This document shows positions 52,116 through 61,916 of a stretch of DNA of 64,000 bases, piece by piece. Each line of letters opens with the position of its first letter. Position 1 is the first letter of the stretch. A model generated the notes under the pieces. It did not search any database. It worked only from the letters and a program-made list of their open reading frames with translations, and had not been told where the DNA came from. A program made the position numbers and the translations under genes. The stretch spans positions 704,001-768,000 of the forward strand of contig CAVPZX010000002.1 in assembly GCA_963710375.1 (NCBI GenBank), given 5' to 3'. This DNA is from Nitrospirota bacterium. Its GTDB lineage: Bacteria > Nitrospirota > Thermodesulfovibrionia > Thermodesulfovibrionales > Dissulfurispiraceae.

Positions 52116-52295
52116 AGGGTCGGAGAATAAATACTTGTGCATTCAGGCGCTCAAATTTAGGTCAGGTTTGGCTGATCCGATTGAGCAAAACCGCAGGTGT
52201 AGCAGAGCTACATTGAGGATTTTGCGACTGAGGATCGGACGAAGATGACCCAAAGTTGAGATGAATCAATGCGCAAGTATTTATTCTCCGACCCT
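52116..52295. mobile_element. MITE-like element, 180 bp, overlapping the 3' end of the YkgJ-like gene
   Basis: 28-bp terminal inverted repeats AGGGTCGGAGAATAAATACTTG(T/C)GCATT; internal hairpin TGTAGC-AGA-GCTACA. Confidence 0.7.
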
Positions 52296-52898
52296 GAAAG
52301 CGAGTTCTTTCCAATCACAAGCTTGAAGAACATGGACCTGGGTGTGAATAAAGCCTGTTTTGACAGCACGGGCTTTTGCTGCTTCATCAGTGACGCCGTA
52401 AAAAGGCAGCATTGCCATGATTGCGTGATTAGTGAACTTTTCGGATGGAGTCAGGACATCCTTTCTTCTCATATAGTATGGGTCTTCGCCCTCTGCGCAA
52501 GGAGCTGAAAAGACATTAAACTGCCTGCACGCTATGGGACGGAAGGGATGAATGGAGCACGCGTTGTCCACCTGAAAGGGGCAGGAGCGGCCTTTACGAT
52601 GCTCCAGAAGCTGTCTTTTTACAATACCGCGCAATGGCTGTCCTAACTTCTCGATGGTGTACCAGTAAATTCCCACCATTTCCAAAGGATAGAGAGGGAT
52701 GTCACTATGAGTGCGGCAGCACCGGCCACAGCCTTTTTTGCAAGCAAGTTTAGTCCGTGATTTCTTCTCATGTTCACGGATAGCCGTAGAGACGCCTTTG
52801 TCAATAATTGCGTAGGCATCCAAAAGAAGGGGAAGCCACGGCCTCAGCTTCTCATCTTCCTGAAAGTGGAGGCGTGTTGAGACTTTTTTATCTTTCAT
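52281..52898 (-). CDS. YkgJ family cysteine-cluster protein
   Basis: CKKGCGRCC, CPF....CSIH..RPIACR. Confidence 0.88.
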   Translation of the reverse strand: MKDKKVSTRLHFQEDEKLRPWLPLLLDAYAIIDKGVSTAIREHEKKSRTKLACKKGCGRCCRTHSDIPLYPLEMVGIYWYTIEKLGQPLRGIVKRQLLEHRKGRSCPFQVDNACSIHPFRPIACRQFNVFSAPCAEGEDPYYMRRKDVLTPSEKFTNHAIMAMLPFYGVTDEAAKARAVKTGFIHTQVHVLQACDWKELAFRVGE

Positions 52899-52925
52899 AT
52901 CATTATAGTATCACAAATGAAAAGT

Positions 52926-53016
52926 GATTCTATAACCGTGATTCAGACAGTAGACAAGTCTCCTGCGCTCAGACGCTGCGGAGACTTGTCTACTGTCTGA
53001 ATTGGAGATTCTATAA
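52926..53016. repeat. 23-bp perfect inverted repeat flanked by 10-bp direct repeats
   Basis: ATTCAGACAGTAGACAAGTCTCC (52941-52963 / 52980-53002); GATTCTATAA at 52926 and 53007. Confidence 0.75.
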
Positions 53017-53082
53017 TATGGACTACTGTTTCTGATATAGTATAATTGAAAATTTTAAATATATTGGAGGCAGGAGGATAAC

Positions 53083-53634
53083 ATGATTAATTTTTTCCCT
53101 GATAAGAATGAAAGTGTACTTCTTATTGTCGATATTCAGGATCGGCTTGCGGTGACTATGAAAATGAGGGATGCCGTGATTAATAATTGCCTGCATCTGA
53201 TCGAACTTGCAAAGATGCAGAATATCCCCATTTTATTGACAGAGCAGTATCCAAAGGGACTCGGACAGACGGTGAGTGAAATACGTGACGCACTTCCTGT
53301 CTATCAGCCTGTCGAAAAGCTCGCCTTCAGTTGCTGCGGTGAGTCTGCATTCAAGAACGCACTCAGAGCGCTCAAAAGGAAAACTGTCTTACTGACCGGT
53401 ATGGAAACTCATGTGTGCGTTCTGCAAACGTGCGTCGACCTTCTGGATGAGGGTTTTAATGTGCATCTTGTCCGGGATGCGGTGTGTTCCAGGACTAAAG
53501 AGAACTGGGAGACCGGCACAGAATTCATGCGGGACGCAGGGGCCATTGTTACCTGCACTGAGACTGTTCTGTTTCAGTTACTCAAAGTTGCCGGGACAGA
53601 GGAATTCAAGGCGATATCAAAAAGAATTAAATGA
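53083..53634 (+). CDS. Isochorismatase family hydrolase
   Basis: LIVDIQ, TEQYPKGLG, EKLAFSC, GMETHVCVLQT. Confidence 0.92.
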   Translation: MINFFPDKNESVLLIVDIQDRLAVTMKMRDAVINNCLHLIELAKMQNIPILLTEQYPKGLGQTVSEIRDALPVYQPVEKLAFSCCGESAFKNALRALKRKTVLLTGMETHVCVLQTCVDLLDEGFNVHLVRDAVCSRTKENWETGTEFMRDAGAIVTCTETVLFQLLKVAGTEEFKAISKRIK

Positions 53635-53712
53635 ATAGTGATTTGGGCAACAACCCGTCAATCCAGGGCAGCACCTACAACACCTGTCGCAGTGTTTTAT
53701 AGTTTGCTCCTC

Positions 53713-56700
53713 CTATTTCTTCTCGTTTATGACGACGGAGTTGATTTGCGCGCCGCTCGTCCCGAGTTTGTCCTCAGCTGCCAGCATGCCCAGGGCGGCG
53801 ATAACCTTCTTGTCCATCTTTGCCGTCGCTTTGCCGGCCGCGTCATTGGCAGGCTGTATGCTCAGCCCATTCCCGCTCTGGCTGACGCTGTATTCAAGTA
53901 CGGAGCCGTCACCGGTTGTTACTGAGAAGGTGGCGCTCTTAACTCCCCCGGAAACCGTTACCGGCGCCGCAACTGTTACAGCCGCTGCGCCTGTCGCTTG
54001 TGTGAGGGATACTGACCCGCTCTCTGCATTGAAGGCAAAGTTGCCGTCGCTCTTTGTCCCTTCATCTGTTGCCGTATAAATGGTCAATGCTCCTGTTGAG
54101 GTTCCGCCTGTATTAGACGCTGCACTTGCAGTTGCAGGCTGTGAAGAAGAAGGCACTGCCGTTACTGTCACGGTCCCTCCCTGGTCAGTAATAGTCATAC
54201 TACCCACGTTTACTCCGCCCACCGTAAATCCTACAGGCGCCGCTGTCAGGGTGCTTGCAACTACTGTTGCAACAGGAGAAGGTGTCGAAGGAGTGTTGCT
54301 CACCGTAATCAATCCTCCGCCAAAACTAGTCTGGCGCAAACCGCTTGTGGCGGCAGACAAAGAAGATGTTGCGTTAGGGTTTAGTGTTGTAGTTGCCGGC
54401 TGTTGTGTTGTCTGTATCGTGCTTGTCACTGAAGTTATTATTACCCCAAGAGAACCTGAATTCGCGCTGGTGGTTACGGATGTGATGATGCCGGTGGTGT
54501 TATTAAGCGCGGACACAATATAATTATTGCCGTTGTTGCCGTCATCGACCATGTACCCGTTGTTCACGCTCAGGGTTTTTCCAATGCCTACGATAGGGTC
54601 GGTGTATGATTCACTCAGTCCTGTTACCATATCTCCGCCCATCAGCCCGCTCACCGTCGGCGATGCCGACGCGCTGGTGGTGCCGTCGTATATTTTGGTG
54701 TTGGTCGTGGCCGTGAGCGTCAATGAAGCAGGTGTGATCACACCGGTAGTGTTGTTCACGGTGTTCACAGTATAGTCCCCGCCGCTGTCACCGTCATTGA
54801 CTGTGTAACCCGTAACACTCAGGGTCTTGCCGGTTCCCGCGTTCTTGTTGTTGTAAGTCTCGCTGAGACCTGTTACTGTGTCCGAACCCTGCAATCCTAT
54901 GACTGTCGGCGTTGCAGATGCGCTGGCCGTACCGTCATACGTCTTGGTGTTGGTCAAAGCCGTGAGCGTCAGTGAAGCAGGTGTAATCACACCGGTAGTG
55001 TTGTTCACGGTGGTCACTGCATAGTCGCCGCCGCCGTTACCGTCATTGATTGTGTAGCCCGTAACACTCAGGGTCTTGCCGGTTCCCGCATTCTTGTTGT
55101 TGTAAGTCTCGCTAAGGTTTGTTACGGTATCAGACCCCAGCAATCCTACCACTGTCGGAGTTACTGATGCGCTGCTCGCGCCGTCATACGTCTTGGTGTT
55201 GGTCAAAGCCGTGAGCGTCAGTGAAGCAGGTGTTATCACGCCAGTCGTGTTGTTCACTGTTGTCACAGTATAGTTGCTTCCGTTGTCACCATCATTGATT
55301 GTATAACCTGCAACGCTGAGCGACTTGCCGGTTCCTGCGTTCTTGTTGTCATAAGACTCGCTGAGGCCTGTTAATGTATCGGAACCCTGCAATCCGACTA
55401 CTGTCGGGGTTGCTGATGCACTGGTGGTGCTGTCGTATGTCTTGGTGTTGTTCGCAGCAGTAAGCGTCAGTGCAGCAGGTGTGATGTTCGCCGTGGTGCT
55501 TGCCGTGGTGTTGACCAGCGTGTAGTTGTCAGCATCGGCTCCGCTGATGCTGATGCCGCTTACGCTTACTGTCTTGCCGCTGCCCGCGTTCCTGTCGCTG
55601 AAGTCAGCTGACGTATAGTTGTCCGTAACGTTGTCTCCTACCACCTTGTTATCCGCCAACGTAACGGTTGCAGCTGTCGTGCCGTTATAAACCTTGTCCT
55701 GTCCCGTGGCCGTGACCGTCAGTGAGGCAGGGTTGATGACACCGGTAGTATTGTTAACGGTAGTTACAGTATAGTCGCCGCCGCTGTCACCGTCATTGAC
55801 TGTGTAACCGCTGACTACGCTCAGCGTCTTGCCGGTTCCCGCGTTCTTGCTGTTGTAAGTCTCACTTAGGCCTGTTACTGTATCAGAACCCTGCAATCCG
55901 GCCACTGTCGGGGTTGCTGAAGCGCTGTTCGTGCCGTCGTATGTCTTGGTGTTCGTTAAAGCCGTGAGCGTCAGTGAAGCAGGTGTGATCACACCGGTAG
56001 TGTTGTTCACGGCGGTCACAGTATAGTCGCGGCCGCTGTCTCCGTCATTTACTGTGTAGCCGCTGGCTACTGTCAGGGTAAGGCTGGTTCCCACGTTCTT
56101 GCTTCCGTATGTCTCGCTGAGGCCTGTCACTGTATCAGAACCCTGCAATCCGGCCATTGTTGGCGTTGCTGATGCGCTGGTCGTGCCGTCATATGTCTTG
56201 GTGTTCGTTAAAGCCGTGAGCGTCAGTGAAGCAGGTGTGATCACACCGGTAGTGTTGGTTCTGGTGGTCACAGTATAATCCCCGCCGCTGTTACCGTCAT
56301 TGACTGTGTAGCCCGCAACGCTCAAGGTCTTGCCGGTTCCCGCGTTCTTGTTGTTGTAGGTCTCGCTTAGGCCCGTTACTGTGTCCGACCCCAGCAATCC
56401 GGCCACTGTCGGCGTTGCCGATGCGCTGGTCGTGCTGTCGTATGTCTTGGTGTTGGTCGTGGCCGTGATCGTCAGTGAAGCAGGTCTGACGACACCTGTA
56501 GTGTTGTTCACGGTCGTCACAGTATAGTCGCCGCCGCTGTCACCGTCATTGACTACGTAACCCGCAATATTCAGCGTCTTGCCGGTTCCCGCGTCCTTGC
56601 TGTCGTAAGTCTCGCTGAGGCCTGTGACCGTGTCCAAACCCTTCAGTCCCGCCACTGTCGGCGTTGCAGCTGCGCTGGTCGTGCTGTCATATGTCTTCGT

Positions 56701-59700
56701 GTTGGTCTTCGCCGTGATAGTCAGTGGAGCGGGTGTGATGTTCGCTGTAGTGCTCGCCGTGGTGTTGACCAGAGTGTAGTCGCTTGCATCGGCACCGCTG
56801 ATGCTGATGCCGCTTACGCTCACTGTCTTACCGCTGCCAGTGTTCTTGTCGCTGAAGGCTGCTGACGTATAGTTGTCGGTAACCGTGTCTCCCGACACCC
56901 TGTTATCCGCCAACGTGACGGTTGCAGCTGTCGTGCCGTTATAAACCTTGTCCTGCCCTGCGGCCGTGACCGTCAGTGAGGCAGGGTTTATCACTCCGGT
57001 GGCGTTGGTTCTGGTGGTCACAGTATAGTCGCCGCCGTTGTCACCGTCATTGACTGTGTAACCGCTGACTACGCTCAGCGTCTTGCCGGTTCCCGCGCTC
57101 TTGTTGTTGTATGTCTCGCTTAGACCTGTTACTGTGTCCGAACCCTGCAGTCCAGCCACTGTCGGTATTGCCGCTGCGGTGGTCGCGCCGTCATATGTCT
57201 TGGTGTCGGTCGTGGCTGTGATCGTCAGTGATGCACGGCTGATGACACCGGTAGTGTTATTGACGGTGGTCACACTATAGTCCCCGCCGCCGTCACCGTC
57301 ATTGACTGTGTAGCCGCTGCCCACGCTCAGGGTCTTTCCAGTTCCAACGTTCTTGTCGTCGTAAGTCTCGCTGAGGCCTGTTACTGTATCCGAACCCTTC
57401 AATCCGGCCACCGTCGGCGTTGCCGATGCGCTGGTCGTGCTGTCGTATGTCTTGGTATTGGTCTTCGCCGTTATAGTCAGCGGCGCAGGTGTGATGGTAC
57501 CCGTAGTGTGATTCACAGTGGTCACAGTATAGTCTCCGCCGCTGTCACCGTCATTGACTGTGTAGCCTGCAACGCTCAGCGTCTTGCCGGTCCCCGCGTT
57601 CTTGTTGTCATAAGTCTCGGTGAGGCCTGTTACCGTATCTGAACCCTGCAATCCGGCCACTGTCGGCGTTGCAGATGCGCTGGTCGTGCTGTCGTAAGTC
57701 TTGGTGTTCGTTAGAGCAGTGATCGTCAGTGCAGCAGGATTTATCACGCCGGTAGTGTCATTCACGGTGGTCACAGTATAGTTGCGGCCGCTGTCGCCGT
57801 CATTGACTGTATAGCCGCTGGCTATGGTCAGGGTAAGGCTGGTTCCCGCGTTCTTGCTGCCGTATGTCTCGATGAGGCCTGTTACTATATCAGAACCCTG
57901 TAATCCGGCCACTGTCGGAGTTGTCGATGCGCTGGTCGTGCCGTCGTATGTCTTAGTGTTAGTCAAAGCCGTCAATGTCAGTGGAGCAGCGGTGATGACG
58001 CCGGTAGTGTTGGTTCTGGTGGTTACAGTATAGTCCCCGCCGCTGTCACCGTCATTGACTGTGTAGCCTGAGACGCTCATGGTCTTGCCGGTGCCCACGT
58101 TCTTGTTGTTGTAAGTTTCGCTAAGGCCTGTAACTGTATCCGACCCCAGCAATCCTGCCACTGTCGGGGTTGGTGATGCACTGGTCGTACTGTCATATGT
58201 CTTGGTGTTGGTCGTGGCCGTGATCGTCAGTGGTGCACGGTTGATGACGCCGGTAGCATTGTTCACTGTTGTCACAGTATAGTCCGCGCCCCCGTCACCG
58301 TCATTGACTGTGTAGCCTGCAACGCTCAAGGTAAGGCCTGTCCCCGCATCCTTGTTGTTGTAAGTCTCGCTGAGGCCTGTCAGTGTATCAGAACCCTTCA
58401 ATCCGGCCACTGTCGGCGTTGCTGATGCGCTCGTCGTGCTGTCGTATGTCTTTGTGTTGGTCTTCGCCGTGATCGTCAGTGGTGCGGGTGTTATGTTAGC
58501 TGTAGCGCTTGCCGTGGTGTTGGACAGCGTGTAGTTGCTTGCATCAGTTCCACTGATGTGGATGCCGCTTACGCTCACTGTCATGTTGCTGCCCACGTCC
58601 TTGTCGCTGAAGGCTGCCGCCGTATAGTTGTCCGTAACAGCGTCTCCTGACACCCTATTATCCGCCAATGCGACGGTTGCAGCTGTCGTGCCGTTATACA
58701 CTTTGTCCTGCCCCGTGGCTGTGATCGTCAGTGAAGCAGTGTTGATCACACCGGTAGTGTTGGTTCTGGTCGTCACAGTATAGTCCCCGCCCCCGTCACC
58801 ATCATTGATTGTATAGCCTGAAACGCTCAGGGTCTTACCAGTTCCCGCATTCTTGTTGTTGTACGTTTCTGTGAGGCCTGTTACCGTGTCCGAACCCAGC
58901 AATCCTGCCACTGTTGGTATTGCCGAGGCGCTGGTCGTGCCGTCATATGTCTTGGTGTTGGTCGCGGCCGTCAGTGTCAGTGAAGCAGGGTTGATAGTCA
59001 GTGAGCCGTTAGCGAAAGTAATATCGTATCCTTGTTGGCTGGAATACAATCCTGACGGACTAATTGTATAGCTTCCCGCATTAATCGCCCCCTGAGAGTT
59101 GCCATTATAGCTGACAGACCCCAAGAGATATGTTGAATCAGGCGAGGCAGGAGAGTATGTGACTCCGTTGCCGCCTGAATATGTCGCGGCGTTATAAGTC
59201 GTAACATCATTCTTAGCGGTGACTGTAAGAGGAGTGAGAGAAGACTTTAGCAACGGGTAAGTGATCCCTTGATAAATTATCCATGTGGTATTTCCGGAAG
59301 GAGTCCCTGTACCGCTTTGTGAAATGCTCCAGCCGTTAAAAGTGGACAGCGTCTCCATTTCTGCCGTGGTCTCGCCGGTACCAAGTCCGTTATCTGCCAG
59401 TGAGGAATTGACTGTTTCATCCCAATAGCTATTTGTTGTAGTTCCTTGATTATTAGTCCCGACCAGCCCGCCAACGTTGCTCCCACTGCCGCTCACGCTT
59501 CCGTTCGAGTAGCTGTTGCTTATGCTGCCTGCGTTATAGCCCACCAACCCACCGGCATTACTCCCTGTGCCGCTCACGCCGCCGGTGGCATAGCTGTTGC
59601 TGATGCTGCTGCTGCTGTCGTTATAGCCCACCAGTCCGCCAACCCCGGTATTGCCGCTCACACTTCCTGCGGCATAGCTGTTGCTGATGCTGCCGGGGTT

Positions 59701-61668
59701 GTAACCCACCAGTCCTCCGATATCGTTATTATTGTTGCCTGTACCGGTTACCCCGCCGGTGGCGTAACTGTTGCTGATGCTGCCGCTGCTGTCGTTAAAA
59801 CCCACCAGTCCTCCGACCTCTCCATTACCGCTCACACTGGTGGCGGCGTAACTGTTGGTAATGCTACCGGTGTTGTAGCCCGCAAGCCCGCCGACATAGC
59901 TACTTGTGCTGCCGGTACCGCTTGCACTTCCTGTGGCGTAGCTGTTGCTGATGCTGCCGGAATTGCTGCCTACCAGTCCGCCGATATAATTATTGCTGCT
60001 GGTTGTTTGAACGTTTATCAGCGCCACATTACTGATGCTGCCCGCTGCAGAGCCGAAAAGCCCCGCATAACCTGAGGATTGGTTTATGACAAGGTTGGTA
60101 ATTTTATGGCCAAGGCCATCGAAAATACCTGTAAATGGACTACCGTTACCTCCTACAGGCGTAAAAGCACCGCCGGTGATATTGCTGCCCAGTGCATAAT
60201 CGCCGGACAGACTCATGCCCTTCAACTCTGTCAGGCTGCTGATTATGTCGTAGCCACTGCCGTTTATGCTCAACGATGTGCCGCTTGCGAGATTAACCGA
60301 GCCTTCGAATGTTCCGCCAGGGTTTATTCCGACGTTAATGCCACCCTGCGTTCCGTAAATAGCTGATCCGTCTGTCTGACCATTCCAGCCGTAATTCATC
60401 GCAAGACCAGCGCTCCCTGTTGCGTTCATCACGGCGTTGATGTTTATGTTATTGTAGGCGGTGAGAGTTAAGGTATTCGCACTCCAGCTGAATCCGGCAT
60501 TAACATCGATGTCGCCAAGATCGCTGCCGTTGGCAGTGGCCGAGGTCGCTATGCTGACGTTGCCGCTGCCGAGGGCCGTATGCAGCGTAGTGGCTCCGAT
60601 GCCGCTGGTAGTCAACGCTGCACTGCCTGAGGAGATGGTGAAGTTGGTGGGATCAATCAGCCATTTGCCGGACTTGCCATATGGAGCAAGCGTTGTAATG
60701 CGGGCACCGTCTGCAATATTTACCGTTGACGCCGACGTCTCTATGAACCCGCCATCCCCACCGTTGGGGGCAGATGCATCCAGCGTCCCGCTTACATTCA
60801 CACTCCCGTTCTGCATATCTCCCATCAGCATGATAACGCCTTTTTTATTCTCTATTGTCTGTGCCTGAATAATGCCTTCGTTGTTCACCACAGCGCTCGA
60901 CAGGCTGTCCGCTGCCTTCGCCGTCATCAGCGCCTGCCCGCCGTCTGCCTCCACCAGGTTCCGGTTATCTATAAGGGCATTCACGGTTCCCTGATTCACT
61001 GCATAGTTGATGAGTCCGTCTCCACTAAAGTCGAGGCTTACCTCGTCTCCTGCTGCCATTGCAACAGTGCCCATCTTTGCGCTGATGATCCCCTGGTTTG
61101 TTACCTGGGGCGCAAGCAAGGCTATGTACCCGCCCCCGGCTGCGGTCAGAGTGCCCTGATTAACTATGCTGCCTGCGCTGCCTGCATTGTAAAAATTATA
61201 ATTGCCTTTCATGAAATCGCTGTCATTCAGACTCAATGTGGATGCAACCAGGCCCCCTACATTCACGCTACCCGACGGCCCGAAAATTATCCCGGCTGGG
61301 TTCAACAGAAAGACCTGCCCGTTGGCGGTCATTGTTCCATAGATGGATGAAGGGTCTACGGATAACACGCGGTTCAAGGCGATGGAAGAACTGTTAGGCT
61401 GCGCAAAATTGACCCATGCGTTTTGACCTATGTTGAAGGTCTGCCAATTGATCGCGGCATTCTGGCTGGACTGGGTGATGTTCATCTTATTGCCGCTTGT
61501 GTTGATGGATGCCGCACCGGCTGACACCTGCCCGCCTGTGGGAAGCGCGTTAGGCGCAGGGGGCTGCGCAAACGCCGGAACCACCGTGCCTAAAAATACA
61601 AAAATTGCTCCACTGGTAAGCCGGATTAAAAGTCCTGTTCTTCTCCGTGCAAAATAACATCTTCGCAT
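53713..61668 (-). CDS. Filamentous-haemagglutinin-like TpsA adhesin (TPS domain, GLUG repeats, YDG repeats)
   Basis: ATG at 61668 after GGAG; signal peptide ending AFA; INWQTFNIG, NGQVFLLNPAGIIFG; VGGLVG repeats; KTYDG repeats. Confidence 0.92.
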   Translation of the reverse strand: MRRCYFARRRTGLLIRLTSGAIFVFLGTVVPAFAQPPAPNALPTGGQVSAGAASINTSGNKMNITQSSQNAAINWQTFNIGQNAWVNFAQPNSSSIALNRVLSVDPSSIYGTMTANGQVFLLNPAGIIFGPSGSVNVGGLVASTLSLNDSDFMKGNYNFYNAGSAGSIVNQGTLTAAGGGYIALLAPQVTNQGIISAKMGTVAMAAGDEVSLDFSGDGLINYAVNQGTVNALIDNRNLVEADGGQALMTAKAADSLSSAVVNNEGIIQAQTIENKKGVIMLMGDMQNGSVNVSGTLDASAPNGGDGGFIETSASTVNIADGARITTLAPYGKSGKWLIDPTNFTISSGSAALTTSGIGATTLHTALGSGNVSIATSATANGSDLGDIDVNAGFSWSANTLTLTAYNNININAVMNATGSAGLAMNYGWNGQTDGSAIYGTQGGINVGINPGGTFEGSVNLASGTSLSINGSGYDIISSLTELKGMSLSGDYALGSNITGGAFTPVGGNGSPFTGIFDGLGHKITNLVINQSSGYAGLFGSAAGSISNVALINVQTTSSNNYIGGLVGSNSGSISNSYATGSASGTGSTSSYVGGLAGYNTGSITNSYAATSVSGNGEVGGLVGFNDSSGSISNSYATGGVTGTGNNNNDIGGLVGYNPGSISNSYAAGSVSGNTGVGGLVGYNDSSSSISNSYATGGVSGTGSNAGGLVGYNAGSISNSYSNGSVSGSGSNVGGLVGTNNQGTTTNSYWDETVNSSLADNGLGTGETTAEMETLSTFNGWSISQSGTGTPSGNTTWIIYQGITYPLLKSSLTPLTVTAKNDVTTYNAATYSGGNGVTYSPASPDSTYLLGSVSYNGNSQGAINAGSYTISPSGLYSSQQGYDITFANGSLTINPASLTLTAATNTKTYDGTTSASAIPTVAGLLGSDTVTGLTETYNNKNAGTGKTLSVSGYTINDGDGGGDYTVTTRTNTTGVINTASLTITATGQDKVYNGTTAATVALADNRVSGDAVTDNYTAAAFSDKDVGSNMTVSVSGIHISGTDASNYTLSNTTASATANITPAPLTITAKTNTKTYDSTTSASATPTVAGLKGSDTLTGLSETYNNKDAGTGLTLSVAGYTVNDGDGGADYTVTTVNNATGVINRAPLTITATTNTKTYDSTTSASPTPTVAGLLGSDTVTGLSETYNNKNVGTGKTMSVSGYTVNDGDSGGDYTVTTRTNTTGVITAAPLTLTALTNTKTYDGTTSASTTPTVAGLQGSDIVTGLIETYGSKNAGTSLTLTIASGYTVNDGDSGRNYTVTTVNDTTGVINPAALTITALTNTKTYDSTTSASATPTVAGLQGSDTVTGLTETYDNKNAGTGKTLSVAGYTVNDGDSGGDYTVTTVNHTTGTITPAPLTITAKTNTKTYDSTTSASATPTVAGLKGSDTVTGLSETYDDKNVGTGKTLSVGSGYTVNDGDGGGDYSVTTVNNTTGVISRASLTITATTDTKTYDGATTAAAIPTVAGLQGSDTVTGLSETYNNKSAGTGKTLSVVSGYTVNDGDNGGDYTVTTRTNATGVINPASLTVTAAGQDKVYNGTTAATVTLADNRVSGDTVTDNYTSAAFSDKNTGSGKTVSVSGISISGADASDYTLVNTTASTTANITPAPLTITAKTNTKTYDSTTSAAATPTVAGLKGLDTVTGLSETYDSKDAGTGKTLNIAGYVVNDGDSGGDYTVTTVNNTTGVVRPASLTITATTNTKTYDSTTSASATPTVAGLLGSDTVTGLSETYNNKNAGTGKTLSVAGYTVNDGNSGGDYTVTTRTNTTGVITPASLTLTALTNTKTYDGTTSASATPTMAGLQGSDTVTGLSETYGSKNVGTSLTLTVASGYTVNDGDSGRDYTVTAVNNTTGVITPASLTLTALTNTKTYDGTNSASATPTVAGLQGSDTVTGLSETYNSKNAGTGKTLSVVSGYTVNDGDSGGDYTVTTVNNTTGVINPASLTVTATGQDKVYNGTTAATVTLADNKVVGDNVTDNYTSADFSDRNAGSGKTVSVSGISISGADADNYTLVNTTASTTANITPAALTLTAANNTKTYDSTTSASATPTVVGLQGSDTLTGLSESYDNKNAGTGKSLSVAGYTINDGDNGSNYTVTTVNNTTGVITPASLTLTALTNTKTYDGASSASVTPTVVGLLGSDTVTNLSETYNNKNAGTGKTLSVTGYTINDGNGGGDYAVTTVNNTTGVITPASLTLTALTNTKTYDGTASASATPTVIGLQGSDTVTGLSETYNNKNAGTGKTLSVTGYTVNDGDSGGDYTVNTVNNTTGVITPASLTLTATTNTKIYDGTTSASASPTVSGLMGGDMVTGLSESYTDPIVGIGKTLSVNNGYMVDDGNNGNNYIVSALNNTTGIITSVTTSANSGSLGVIITSVTSTIQTTQQPATTTLNPNATSSLSAATSGLRQTSFGGGLITVSNTPSTPSPVATVVASTLTAAPVGFTVGGVNVGSMTITDQGGTVTVTAVPSSSQPATASAASNTGGTSTGALTIYTATDEGTKSDGNFAFNAESGSVSLTQATGAAAVTVAAPVTVSGGVKSATFSVTTGDGSVLEYSVSQSGNGLSIQPANDAAGKATAKMDKKVIAALGMLAAEDKLGTSGAQINSVVINEKK
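54480..58990 (-). repeat. 18 tandem ~245-bp YDG-type coding repeats of two subtypes
   Basis: Counted 15 'TKTYD/TKIYD' units and 3 'QDKVYN' units; coordinates approximate. Confidence 0.85.
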
Positions 61669-61916
61669 AATCTCCAACGTGTATTCTTTCAATTCCGTTA
61701 AAAGTTTTGCGATGTCCACCCCCCCCATGGAAAAAATGTTGCTCTTCTGCCCGCAATCTCTCTCAAGGCTGCACCTAAGTTCTCCTTTCAAATACAGGAT
61801 AAAACTTATCTTGATTAATGTCAAGAGGGGAGAAATCTTGATTGGGTTCATAACGACCGGCCCGCTTCGCTATTTATTAACCGGATTTTTTTCTGTCGGG
61901 AATCTTTTTGCTGCAG

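Noticed and set aside
54480..58990. Long regular repeats as a possible CRISPR array
   Set aside because: Units are ~245 bp, in frame and coding, with no unique spacers and no cas genes in the window
61669..61851. 61-aa N-terminal extension of the adhesin in the ORF track
   Set aside because: ATG at 61668 has an RBS and directly starts a signal peptide, so the extension is probably not translated
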